Shown here in pieces: positions 27,454-43,776 of a DNA stretch of 64,000 nt (position 1 is its first letter; each line of letters opens with the position of its first letter). The notes under the pieces were generated by a model. It had not been told where the DNA came from and did not search any database. It saw only the letters and a list, made by a program, of their open reading frames with translations. The translations under genes were made by a program, and so were the position numbers. The DNA is from Microbotryum violaceum (lineage: Eukaryota). The stretch is taken from positions 1,255,591 through 1,319,590 of the forward strand of contig LN717261.1 in NCBI GenBank assembly GCA_001244265.2, in the 5' to 3' direction.

Positions 27454-30290
27454 AGAAAGCCCGCCCACGCTTGCGCTCATGTAGCCTGCAGAGTGTACTC
27501 CTCAAGTGTCAACTCAACACCCCCCCTCGCTCTAAGGCCTACATGATTCCCATCCCTATGGCTGCCCTGTGCTGCTCTAGTGCCGGTCTTGGCAACGCCT
27601 TTGTAAACATGTCGGCGAGCATCTCGGCGGTTGGAAGATAGTTAACAACAATGTCACCTTCTTCTCTTCTCAAACGAAATGCTCCGTCAGGCGTAGGTGC
27701 TTAGTTCGATTGTGGAACACCGGGTTCTTTGTGAGAGCTATCGCGCCTTGATTGTTGCCTTTCAGCTCAATCGGCCCACGAATCATGATTCCCAATTCCA
27801 GGAGCAGATTTCTCAAGAACTGACACTTTCGAGACGCATGAGTAAGGCCAATGTATTGCGCTTCCGTTGATGACGTCGCCACTCGGCTCTGGATCCGAGA
27901 ACTCCAAGAAATTGGCCCGTCAGCCAGCTTGAAGACATGCCCCATTGTAGATCGGGATGTGTTGATGCAGGAACCCCGGTCTGAATCCGAGTATCCCACG
28001 TATCCAACCAACAAATCACGTTTTGCCTTGTAGACAATGCCGAGTTCAAGAGTTCCCTTGATGTAGCGTAGGATCTTCAGAACTGCCGCCCAATGGTCGC
28101 TGCCCGCCTTGTTTGTGAATCTTGCCAAGTACGACACCGGGTAGGCAAGATCAGGCCAAGTTGCAACGATGGCGTACATCAACAATCCAACCGACAACCT
28201 GTACTGCGTCTGTAACGATGGATCCGGAGTGTCGCAGGGTTTGAGCTGAAGACCCGGTTGCATTGGTTATACACTTTTGTTAGCATCCGCCATGCCGAAC
28301 CTTGCAAGTACATTGAGCAAATACTGTCGTTGCGACAACGCAATCCTGTCCGCTTGACAAATGAGCTGGACGCCAAGGATGTACTCTGTATTGCTGAGAT
28401 GTTTGACTCCGTACAATTGATCCAATTTGTTGAGCACGCGATCAATTTCGGATAAGTCGGGACCAATGAACAGCAAGTCGTTGACGTAAACCGCAATGTA
28501 ATAATTGTCTTTGCCAAGTGTTCAACGATAGACATACTCTTCGCTTTGAAGATGATTGTAACCAAGGTTGACAAGGGTCTTATGGATCGTCTCGTTCCAT
28601 ACCCGGCCGGCCAGCTTGAGACCGTAAATTGAGCGGTGCAACTTGAGACAGACATTGTTGGGCAGTCGGATTCCCTCCGGTACGCGCATGTACAATTCCT
28701 CTTCAAGTTCGCCATGCAAATAAGCCTTGTCAATGTCCGCTTGGATGATATGGTAACTCCGGGCCGCCGCCAACGCGATGAGAGTACAAATTGAGACAAA
28801 CTTTGCTGTCGGTGCGAACGTCTTTTTGAAGTCAATTCCCGGCCGTTGCGTGAAGCTTCGTGCAACAAGTTGAGCTTTGTACGAAGTCGGCCGACCATCC
28901 TTGTCCCGTTTTGTTTGGTAAACGAATTTGGACCCGAGAACCTTGGCGCCGGCGGGAAGCTCGTCTCGTTTCATAATCGTAAAGACTGAGTAATCATCAC
29001 GCAATGACTCGAACTCATTGATTGCACCTTGCGCCCATTTGTGAGACTTGTGGTGGGCCATGGCTGCCTTCCAAGTCGTAGGATCACTAGTCGGCAGAAC
29101 AAACGGACCATCCTCCTTGTCGGAATCGGCGACGGCTGCGAAGGCCTCTGGTTCAAAACGCTCAGGCGCCCTACAATCCCGCTTTCCAACCGGTGCTGCC
29201 CAAGCAGGTCCGGGAGCTTCAAAACGCAGCTCCTTTAGTACATCTTCCACAACTGGTCCGCGTTGCTCGGCGGGGTCAACATTGTCAGCCGGATTTTCCT
29301 CCCGAGCGTGTACCTTGACCTCCGGGGCCGCGGCGATCGGCTGTTGCTCAGCTTCATGTCAATTTGTTGCAACTGGTCGAGGTACGACTACTTCGATTGC
29401 CTCAATTGTTGGTGTCCTCGGTGCTGGCGCGCCTTCACGGGCCGGGAACTTGTCCTCAAAGAACGTTACGCTTCGCAATAACGTTAAACGCGCCCTCACC
29501 GGGTCCCATAGGCGGTAGGCTTTGGATTCTAGGTTGTATCCGTGAAAGCTCATCGGAAGGCCCCGTGGCTGGAGCTTCTTACGTTGTTCGGTATTTGCTG
29601 TGTGCCAAGCTCGACATCCGAAGACCCGTAAGTGATGAACGTGAGCAGGTTTCCCGGTCCATTCCCAAAATGGCACCTTGCCACCAAGGGCAGAGTGTGT
29701 GGAACGATTTTTCACATACACGTATTTAGCCACGGCTTCGGCCCAAAACACCGTGGGCCGACCGGATTCATACAGCATTGTTTGAGCTGCTTCCGAAATC
29801 AAACGGTTAACCCTTTCGGCGACACCGTTTTGCTCGGGCGTGCTGGGGATCGTGAGTTGTCGCGACAAACCCGTGTTGTCCAACCATCGCTTGAATTCCG
29901 TCGTAAGGAACTCGCCACCGCGGTCCGAACGGACAACTTTCAAAGTGTGCCCTGACGACAGCTCGACCCGTAGTTTCCACGTTTTGAACCTTTCAGAGGA
30001 GTCCAACTTCCGCGGCATCGTCAACACTCACATGTACCGCGTACAATCGTTGACAATAACTAGCGCGTAGCGATGATTTGCAAGTGACAGCTTGCCGTCA
30101 AAGGACAAAAGATCGAGGGGTTTTCCGGCTCGTGATTCGGAGTTTGGGAATGGCTTGTGTGTAGCTTTGCTGGCCAGACACGATTTGCATTTCAAGTCAC
30201 TGCAAGACTTCATGTTCAAACCTATCACAGCGTCAGACTTGGACAGCTGGTGAAGGGAACGGCAGTGCAGATGGTGGGAGGCGACCGCAT
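27454..30290 (-). mobile_element. Ty1/Copia element, family C (5'-truncated integrase-RT-RNase H, PPT, proximal part of 3' LTR at 27519-27454)
   Basis: [44 protein letters not shown]-run PPT sits just before TGTTGAGTTG. The upstream boundary is approximate. Confidence 0.9.
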
Positions 30291-30299
30291 TGTATTTGG

Positions 30300-31681
30300 G
30301 ATGATGGACACGAGTTGGCGGAGACGCTCGACGCCAATCAGGCTGAGGGAGCAAGGACCATCTACATTGAATCTGTCGTACAACCCCCGGATGTCCATGA
30401 CAACTGGGAAGACATCGACCAACCAAAGCAATCGCTTCTCCTTCAGCGTTGTTATACCTAGCCCAACAAAACACACAACTTTGCCGGCGCGCTGTGAATT
30501 GTCGGCCTCCATTGACATTTGTGGATTCCAGATTTGCTGTCAAGAATCTCTCCGCTGACATCAGATGTGATGAGTTGATTTGGCGGTACTCACTCGCACA
30601 AATCTAGCCGTCTTGCAGTTGATGGTGCCTTGCGTGTTTTGCATCGCGTTACCGGATCCGAGCAACGTGACTGCCGATGCACCTGCACCCTCAAGGCGCC
30701 GCCATCCTTCGTCGAGCAAGCTGCCAAAGTCTATCGCATAGATGGGTCTTGGTGTAGTCATTTGCATTCGACCCCAGAGAGTTATCGACGTGACACTGCC
30801 TCCGTGGAAGACTGCAACCTCTTTGGTCAAGTCGAAGAAATTTTGCAAAGGGCGTTGCGCCGTTTTCTTGAGCGTGTGCAGCTTGTAGCCCGGCAGCTGG
30901 GCATGCAAGGCATGATCCCTCGGCAAAATGTCCCAGAGATCGTCCATTGTAGGTATGTCGTACTTGTGTCGGAGGATCATCATCATGTTCCGCATCTCCG
31001 CCAAATTCATGCCAGACTCAATGGGTTTTGACTTGCTTCTCATCCCCCCTTTGATGTAACCCATCATTGTCTCCATTCCGCAAGCTTAGTACTCGCGAAG
31101 CGGCCCCATTCTCTTCATAACATCGGGAACGTGCATAAGCCGATGATTCGTGGCGGGGAACAGATGAAGGAACTCGGGATCTTGATCATAGAGAAGCTTC
31201 TTGCGCAGTAGCAGCGTCTGTTTGATGAGAACATAGAGGTAGGTGTACATGATGGGAACCTCGCCCTTTTCATCAAGCTCGTACAGAAGAAGTTGTTTGA
31301 GCCGGTCGACGTCCGGTAGGCGATCGAAAAAGTCAACGGAGTTGTCAATGAAGACATTGGTCTTCATCACCGCAAACATTCGGATGGTGAGCGCCGTCAG
31401 TCGCTCGAACTCGGGTTCCTTGAATTGCTGGTACAAAAGCGGTCCCAGGTCACGCAAGATGAAAAGTTCCCGTTCGATTGCTTTCTGTTTTTTTCCTTTT
31501 CTTGGCTAAGGGCCTGACAATCACACCCTCCACTCTCGCGAGGTACGGCCGAGACAACAGCTGCACACAAGTCATGTGAACAATCGCGTCAGAGGACAAC
31601 GTCATGGAGTGCCTGCGTGCCTTCGAGTCCAAGTTGCCGACGAGGATATTGATGAAAGTGCTGCCACTGTTGATACCAAAC
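30300..31681 (-). pseudogene. CACTA-like transposase, C-terminal remnant (DUF4218-like region)
   Basis: NHRLMHVPDVMKRMGPLREY*...METMMGYIK...SKSKPIES resembles the H.L.H...GP....F..ER..G.L motif of CACTA transposases. Confidence 0.7.
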
Positions 31682-31995
31682 TGTGAAGAGTCCACTCTCA
31701 GCTTGACAGGGGCGCCTCGGTTGTTGCGCGAGCCCGCTAGCCCGCCCCCTTGCGGTGAGGACTTAGATGCGCGCGACTGCCTCAGCGCGCCGGCGCCGGC
31801 GGATTCGGGTGCACGCCCGCTAGGCCGCCCCCTTGTGGTGGGGACTTAGACGCGCGCAGCTGCCTCAGCGCCCTAGCAATTTCACCCGCGGCTGGGCCTA
31901 TCCCAGTGCGGGCCCCCTTTCTGTTTCTTAGCTTCCCTCTCACCACTTCTGTTTGACAATCAACCTCTCCTGACAGTAGTGGTGATCGTCTCATA
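31682..31995 (+). repeat. Copia D LTR (314 bp, one terminal X block), unmatched flanks
   Basis: TGTGAAGAGTCCAC...GATCGTCTCATA; flanks CAAAC and GAGTT differ. Confidence 0.9.
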
Positions 31996-33181
31996 GAGTT
32001 TGCCGTGTCGGCCTTTTTGCCGTTCTCGAGAGCCTTTTTGCAGTTGAAAGACCAGTGATTCTGCTTGCAGGAGCGACAGGGTCCTGGCGGCGGGTGTTTT
32101 GCTCTCACAGGGCACTCCGCCACACGGTGCGAAGGGCTGCGACAGGCGAGACACTTGGGACGGGTAGGACGTGACGACGACGAGGCAAGAAGGGCCGATT
32201 GGGTGCTGGGGACGTTGGTGGACCGGAGTTGAACACGCATGCGGTCGGCAAGTGAATCGATGGCAGGGAGAGCTCGTTGAGTGCGCTGTTCATCGGTGAA
32301 CAACGCCTTGAAACTCTCGAGGGACGGGTGAGCGATGGCGAGGAGGAGTGTGGCGATAACATCATTGATAGTCGTCTTCGTATCGATGATTTCTTGCGCA
32401 ATGGCTTTGAACTCCATGATCCAACCGTCGAATTCGCTAACGGTGCCGGGCATGGGCCGGAAACTCCATAGTCGTGAGAAGAGCTCGAGCGTGCGAGTGG
32501 CGTCATCCGGAGCATACCGCGATTTCAGCGTCGAATAGATTTTGGGCGCTGTGAGGTCGGCGGTAGGGATTTGGTCGAGGACTGCCGAGACGTCGGCTGA
32601 GTCGATCGAGTTCGCTAGGAGCTCACGTGCCACGACATCGCGGGCAAAGCGGTGCGAAGGTGTCCAGTCGGCGGGCACGATCCCGTCGAGGACGTATGAG
32701 CGGATGTCGTCCGCAAGGCAGAGGCGAAGCTGGCGTGTCCAGCTCGCAAACGTCTTGGGCCCATCCAAGCGTGCGTGCTTGGGAAAGGCGGTGCGAGAGG
32801 TGCCGGACGACGTGGCGGATGTGGCAGTGGTGAGACCCGACAGCAGCGACGTAAGTGCGGCGAGCTGTTCGGCGGGGATTGTTGGGTGGGCACCCGTCGT
32901 TAGGGGCGACGACGTGTCCATGCCAGCGGTAGGTCGATGGGCGAATAACCTATGAGACGATCACCACTACTGTCAGGAGAGGTTGATTGTCGAACAGAAG
33001 TGATGAGAGGGAAGCTAAGAAACAGAAAGGGGGCCCGCACTGGGATAGGCCCAGCCGCGGGTGAAATTGCTAGGGCGCTGAGGCAGCTGCGCGCGTCTAA
33101 GTCGCCACCTCAAGGGGGCGGCCTAGCGGGCGCGCGCGACGACCGAGGTGCCTCTGTCGAGCTGAGAGTGGACTCTTCACA
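31996..33181 (-). mobile_element. Copia D 5' fragment: LTR 33181-32951, PBS, gag starting at 32921
   Basis: PBS variant GGTTATTCGCCC; gag with [14 protein letters not shown] and [13 protein letters not shown] knuckles; inserted in Copia G integrase. Confidence 0.9.
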
Positions 33182-34664
33182 GAGGGGTGTACGGAATAGT
33201 GAGCTCGCGACGTATACCCTTGGCCACACAGAAATCGACAAAGTTCCGAAGAGTGAACTCGCCACCATTGTCGGAGCAAATGGTCTTTACCCGGTCACCC
33301 GTGGCATTCTATACCTCAAGAATCCAGGCGCGGAGACGGTGAAAGACGTCACTTTTGTGAGTGAGGATGCACCAATGTTTGCGGGTGTAGTCGTCGACAA
33401 TCACAAGCATGTCGCGATGACCGCCAAAGCTGGCCCGAGGCATTTGGGCAACATCGACGTGGACAAGGTCCAGGCGGCCGGACGCAATAAACTTGGAACG
33501 AGCAAAAGGGAGGGCATGCGCTTTGGAAGCGAGACAAGCATTGCAATTGAAAGACCTAACCTCTTCCTCTGAATATACCCAATCCACCCCAGTGACCAAA
33601 CCTTTCTGCACGACGCTCTTAAGTTGCGCGAGTAAATGCGCAAAGCAACGGTGCATAGTCAGCAAGGAAACTCTGTGAGGGGTGGCTAGGACGGCATTGG
33701 GCATACAGGGTGAGGGTGCGACAGTTAACGCGTATAGGTCATTTGTGATTGCTTGTGCCGTGGCAACGACGGTGTTGGAGGAGTTGCGGATTGTGGCGCG
33801 GCCAGAACCAAAGGAGGTGGTGAAGCCGAGTCAATCCAGACGACGGACCAATAATAAGTTGCACGGGAGCGAAGGTACCAAGAGTACGTCGGTTGCTACA
33901 ACGGGGCCAGCTGAAGTCGAGAGACGGACGGAGCCACAACCGGTGGGCGGGAGGGAACCGGCAACTCCAGCAACGTGCGGGCCAGTGAACGGCCGGAGGG
34001 TGGAGAAGAGCTGGCTGTCATTGGCCATGTGGCAATTAGCGCCGGAGTCGAGGAGCCAAGCCAAGTTAGGAAAGGCAGACGGGGTGGCGAGGAGGCACGC
34101 TGTGAAGGTGGCGGGTTCTGGCTTCTCGTCGACGGCAGGGGAGGTGACGGCAGGAGAGGCGACGGCGCAGGAACCCTTCTTGTGATTTCGCAAAGTCGCT
34201 CCGGTGGCAGCTTTGCGGGCGCAGAAGGCGGCGGCCCAGGCGGTGTCGGGACAGTCCCAAAGCCAGTGCATCTTTCGACAAGAGGGGTTGGGGCAAGGGC
34301 TGTGAAGAGTCCACTCTCAGCTCGACGGGGGCGCATCGGTCGTTGCGTGAGCCCGCTAGCCCGCCCCCTTGCGGTGAGGACTTAGACGCGCGCAACTGCC
34401 TCAGCGCGCCAGCGATTTCACCCGCGGCTGGGCCTATCCCAGCGCGGGCCCCCCTTTTGTTTCTTAGCTTCCTTTTCATCACTGCTGTTTGACTCTCAAC
34501 CTCTCCTGACAGTTGTGGTGATCGTCTTATAGGTACGCTGAAATAAATCACTGCTGTTTGACTCTCAACCTCTCCTGACAGTTGTGGTGATCATCTTATA
34601 GGTACGCTGAAACACTGCTGTTTGACTCTCAACCTCTCCTGACAGTTGTGGTGATCATCTTATA

Positions 34665-34695
<31 letters not shown>

Positions 34696-35338
34696 TTCGC
34701 ACCGTGTGGCGCAGTGCACTGTGAGAGCGAAACACCCGCCGCCAGGCCCTTGTCGCTCGGGCTATGAGGGACGCATTGCTGAGGAATGGTAGTGGCGGCA
34801 ACGGGTGAGTCGACCGGACAAGCCTTGATCTCGCGGTAGATACGGTTGAGGATCTGGGCGGCCGGGGCAGTGTACGGGATGTGCCCTGAAAATTGACAAA
34901 CGTTGTCCGCCAGGCGGAGGGGGAGGATGGCATCCGGGCGAGCAAGTGTGAAACTAGTAGAGAATCCGTCGTCACCTTTGAGTCGTCGAGGAGGCGGGAG
35001 TCGTTCTCGAATTGGTCGCGAAACTGAAGGAACTCGTCGGCGGTGTCGGGCATAGGGTCGGGACTGAAGAGTCGAGAGATGACAGGGAGAAGATCAACCG
35101 CCGAGACAGCGCCATATCGCATGCGCAGAGCTACCCAAATCTTGTGACCGCTGCGAGGGTCGCCGAAGTATTGCGAGAGGCCGGGAAGAACCATCCAAGG
35201 ATCAACGGCGGCGCAGATCGAGGCGCGAGCGTAGTGATCCCATAATGAAACGTAAGATGGCGGCCAGGACGACGAAGGGACGCCAGACTGAAGGTAGTCA
35301 ATAACGTCGGAGGGCAGACGGGAGCATAGCGTCAGGAC
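33182..35338 (-). mobile_element. Copia G fragment (gag, protease, integrase N-terminal half), interrupted at 34301 to about 34755
   Basis: IWVALRMRYG gag, WLLDSGANCHM protease, [26 protein letters not shown]. Confidence 0.85.
34301..34676 (+). repeat. Copia D 5' LTR (34301-34664) with three X blocks and two intron-like segments (34533-34601, 34602-34665), plus PBS 34665-34676
   Basis: Three copies of CACTGCTGTTTGACTCTCAACCTCTCCTGACAGTTGTGGTGATCRTCTTATAG separated by GTACGCTGAAA spacers, then GGTTATGAGCCC. Confidence 0.93.
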
Positions 35339-35718
35339 TATAAGACGATCACCACTACTGTCAGGAGGGGTTGATAGTCAAACAGAAGTGATCTATTTCA
35401 GCGTACCTATAAGACGATCACCACTACTGTCAGGAGGGGTTGATAGTCAAACAGAAGTGATGAGGAGGAAGCTAAGAACAGACAGGAGGCCCGCGCTGAG
35501 ATAGGCCCAGTCGCGGGTGAAATTGCTAGCGCGCTAAGACAGTTGCGCATGTCTAAGTCCCCACCGCAGGGGGCGGCCTAGCGGGCACGCGCACCGATCC
35601 ACCCGGCGCTGGCGCGCTGAGTCAGTTGCGCGCGTCTAAGTCCCCAGCGCAGGGGAGCAGGCTAGCGGGCTCGCGTAACGACCAAGGCGCCTCTGCCGAG
35701 CTGAGTGGACTCGTCACA
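35339..35718 (-). repeat. Copia D LTR (380 bp) with two X blocks (period 69, GTACGC donor at 35406), unmatched flanks
   Basis: 54-bp repeats at 35339-35392 and 35408-35461. Confidence 0.9.
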
Positions 35719-39977
<4,259 letters not shown>

Positions 39978-41456
39978 CTTCAAGGCGTCGTTCACCCATG
40001 AACAGCGCACCCAAAGATCTCTCCCTGCCATTGATTTGCTTGCCGATCGCATGCATGTCCAACTTTGGTCCACCAACGTCCCCAGCACTCAATCGGCCCT
40101 CCTTGCCTCGTCGTCATGTCCTACCCGTCCCACGTGTCTTGCCTGTCGCAGCCCTTCGCACCGTGTGGCGCAGTGCACTGTGAGAGCAAAACACCCGCCG
40201 CCAGGCCCTTGTTGCTCCTGCAAGAAGAATCACTGGTCATTTGACTGCAAGAAAGCTCTCGAGAACAGCAACAAACCCGACACGGCCGACTCGACCGCCG
40301 ACTCGCAACACTATGTCGGATGTCTTGCTACCAGCCTTCTCGCTCATCGTCGCCAGCTTTGTGCCAACTCCTTCGTCATTGACTCAGGCGCCACTTCGCA
40401 CATGGTCTCGGACAAGTCACTGTTGACAAACTATCGACACGTCGCTCCTACGAAGATTGGTGGTATTGCAGGGGGTATTAACGCCATCGGGACGGGAAAC
40501 ATTGCCTTCGCTGCCGCCTCAGGTCATCCAATCACGCTCACCGGTGTGCTGCACACTCCAGGCCTGCCTGTCAACCTTCTCTCGGTCTCACGTCTCTGCG
40601 ACACCGACAACGTCCACGTCGCCTTCACGAAATACGGCATACACATTGACAAAGATGGCAACAACATTGCTGAAGGCGCAAGGCTCGACAAAGGGCTCTA
40701 CTTGCTTGACGCTGATCATTCCAAATGTCAGCAGCTTGCTCTCCTCTCTCGCTCACAGTCTTCCGTGCCCCTGCTGACTCTCCACCGCTGCCTCGGCCAT
40801 CTCGCACCGTCGTCCATACAGAAGATGATTGCCGCTGGTTTGCTGGAGGGTCTCGGGGCCGGATATATTGACGAAGAGGTAGAGAAGTTTGTCTGCAATG
40901 CTTGCCTCAGTGCCAAGGGCCATCGTCTTCCTTTTCCCGATTCGGATTTGCACTCCTCCGAGAGACTCGGCCTTGTGCACAGTGATGTGCTTTCCCTCCC
41001 CGAGCGGTCCTTGACTGGCAAACAGTACCTTGTCACGTTCCTCGACGATTACTCCCGCAAACTCTGGGCCTACGCAATCGGACACAAAAGCGAAGTGTTC
41101 GGCGTGTTCAAGACTTGGCTTGCCAAAGTCGAACTCGAAACGGGTGCAACACTGAAGGTCCTCCGAACCGACAACGGTGGCGAATACCGTTCAAAAGCGT
41201 TCACACCCCCTTGCGGTGAGGACTTAGATGCGCGCGACTGCCTCAGCGCGGTGGCGCTGGCGGATTCGGGTGCACGCCCGCTAGGCCGCCCACTTGTGGT
41301 GGGGACTTAGACGCGTGCAACTGCCTCAGCGCACCAGCGATTTCACCCGCGGCTGGGCCTATCCCAGCGCGGGCCCCCTTTTCGTTGCTTAGCTCCCTTC
41401 TCATCACTTCTGTTTGACTTTCAACCTCTCCTGACAGTCGTGGTGATCGTCTTATA
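39978..41456 (+). mobile_element. Internally deleted Copia D element (gag end, protease, integrase start fused to a partial LTR at about 41206-41456)
   Basis: [23 protein letters not shown] runs directly into LTR sequence CCCCCTTGCGGTGAGGACTTAG. Confidence 0.9.
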
Positions 41457-41749
41457 GCTTGGACTGACCTCCTCACATTGCTGTGCACCTACGCCTTCCA
41501 CAACGCCGACCTCAGCAACATTTCCGAGTACAAAATGGTCCAAACAATACAACATCTCACCAGCTTCAGAACTGTGGAGGTCGGGAAGTGCCCCAAAGCT
41601 TGCGTGTCCTATGGCGCCAAACAGCTCGAAGATCTTGAGGAGTGTCCAATGCCCGGGTTCCGCGAGAACCATTTCACGCTGGGGAAGAATGGCGAGAAGA
41701 TTGAACGGTCAACGCAGCATTTTTATGACCCCGCCCTTTTTGTAGAAGC
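41457..41749 (+). pseudogene. CACTA-like transposase fragment
   Basis: GKCPKACVSY...LEECP Cys pattern parallels the block at 7601-7936. Confidence 0.5.
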
Positions 41750-42055
41750 TGTTGCAACAAGGACTAAGAGGTACTCCATGACTCAGCTCCAAGATACACA
41801 AGTGAGATGATGAGAATAGCGTGGAGAAGGAACCCAGAAGGAAAAAAGACGCAAAGACAAAGATAGGCACGCGCGCAGAATAAAGTATTAACCAAGACTG
41901 ATAGCAATGAGTTAGGCTCTCAGACCCCACTTCTAACACTCCCACCGGTCAAAGAGACTAACGAGACCATTCCAAGTAGCGCACAAAGTTGATCAAAGCA
42001 TTGAAATCCCAAAGGCTTCGTCATAATATCCGCAGCATTGATGTGGGTAGGGCAG

Positions 42056-42370
42056 TATTTAATCAACTCTACTATGTCAGTGATGTAGTTATAGCCAAGA
42101 GTGATGAATACATTTCAACATACCTATTCAATCAACTCTACTACGTTAGCAATGTAGTTATAGCCAAGAGTGATGAATAGGAAGCTAACAATAAGAGACC
42201 CGCGCGCCCCAAGTCCACAGCCAGCGAGCCTCGGGGCTGAGCCAATGGCCCAGGCTCGCTCCGTGCATCTAAGTCACAGGCTCGCTCCGCGCGCCTAAGT
42301 CCTGGGCCGGGGCGCCCGGCTCGCTCTGCGCGCCTAAGTCCTGAGCCGAGCGGAGAGTGGATTCCTCACA
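42056..42370 (-). repeat. Copia E solo LTR (315 bp, TG...TA) with two X blocks and a GTATGT donor at 42123
   Basis: TSD GGCAG at 42051-42055 and 42371-42375; repeats at 42056-42110 and 42125-42179; start TGTGAGGAATCCACTCTC is related to the D LTR. Confidence 0.92.
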
Positions 42371-43569
42371 GGCAGTATTCAAGTTCGACCTTGCCAGAAG
42401 CAACCCGTTCTTGAACGAACAAATGAGCAATATCAAAGTGCTTGGTACGCATGTGATCGACCGGATCCTTGGCGATCTGGATGCATGCGGCGTTGTCCTC
42501 TTGAATGATAGTAGGCTGTGCTTGTGGAATGCCAACATCACCAGCCAAACAACGGAGCCAGATTGCTTCACGAGTGGCTGAGGATGCAGAGAGGATTTCG
42601 GCTTTGGTAGTGGATGTAGCAATCATAGATTGTTGCTTTGACTGCCAGGAGATAACGCCGCCAGCAAGCATTGATGCATAGGCTCCCACCGATCTGCGAG
42701 ATTCCGGGTCATCCGCAAACAAGGCATCAGAGTAGACCATCAATCGAGTTGTGGAACTGTTTTGATAAATAATTCCCAAATTGATGGTGCTGTTGAGGTA
42801 GCGAAATATATGCTTGACCGCAGCCCAATCGTCGACAGTTGGACAGGAGTTCTTTTGAGCAACGGCACGAACAGCAATCGTGATATTGGGTCAACATTGA
42901 GTGGACGCGTACTGCAGGGAATGCACACAGCCGATGGGTACAATGACACATTGGCAAATGGAGTAGCATTGATTTGAAGCGAGGGGCGATCGTCCATGGG
43001 CGTGACTGCACGGCGCTTGGATGGAGAAGCAAAATCGAACTTCTTGAGCATAGTGCGGACATACTTGCTTTGGTGAACGAGTATGTCATCTTTGGTGCAA
43101 TGAATTTCGGACACCATGAGATTGTTGACGGCTCAATACCATTCACAGGGCGCCTGTTTGGTGCCATACATGGAACCCACAAGCTTGAGGCACTTACCAG
43201 GGGATTGAGGACAATTCCATCCTTTTGGGTATCGAACATAGACATCCTTGGTCATCTTGCCGTTGAGAAAGGCGCAGTTGAAATCGAACTGTTCGAGATA
43301 CAGGCCCTGAGCAGCAGCCAGAGCAATCAAGAACAAAACTGTCGAAGAACGAGTGACAGGAGTGTAGGTGTCATGGTAGTTGATGCCTGGGCATTGAGCA
43401 AATCCTTGAGCAACGAGACAAGCTTTGAAATGAATGATTTTGCCGTTTGCATTGCGCTTGATACTGTAGACCCAGATTGTGCCGAGTACCCAAACTCCTT
43501 TGTGCCACTCGACTTCCTGAAAGACTCCATGATGATCGAATTGTTAAAGTTCTGAGACCATTGCCGCAC

Positions 43570-43776
43570 CGAGGGAGCCTGGGCCATTGGCTCAGCCCCG
43601 AGGCTTGCTGGCTGTGGACTTGGGGCGCGCAGGTCTCTTATTGTTAGCTTCCTATTCATCACTCTTGGCTATAACTACATCACTGACGTAGTAGAGTTGA
43701 TCAAATAGGTATGTTGAAATGTATTCATCACTCTTGGCTATAACTACATTGCTGACGTAGTAGAGTTGATCAAATA
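43570..43776 (+). repeat. 5'-truncated Copia E LTR with two X blocks and a GTATGT donor at 43709
   Basis: Reverse-complement match to 42056-42265; repeat period 69. Confidence 0.88.

Noticed and set aside
34478-34665. Repeat-spacer-repeat arrays as a CRISPR-like array
   Set aside because: Eukaryotic context, no cas genes, spacers are copies of each other, and the arrays lie inside LTRs.
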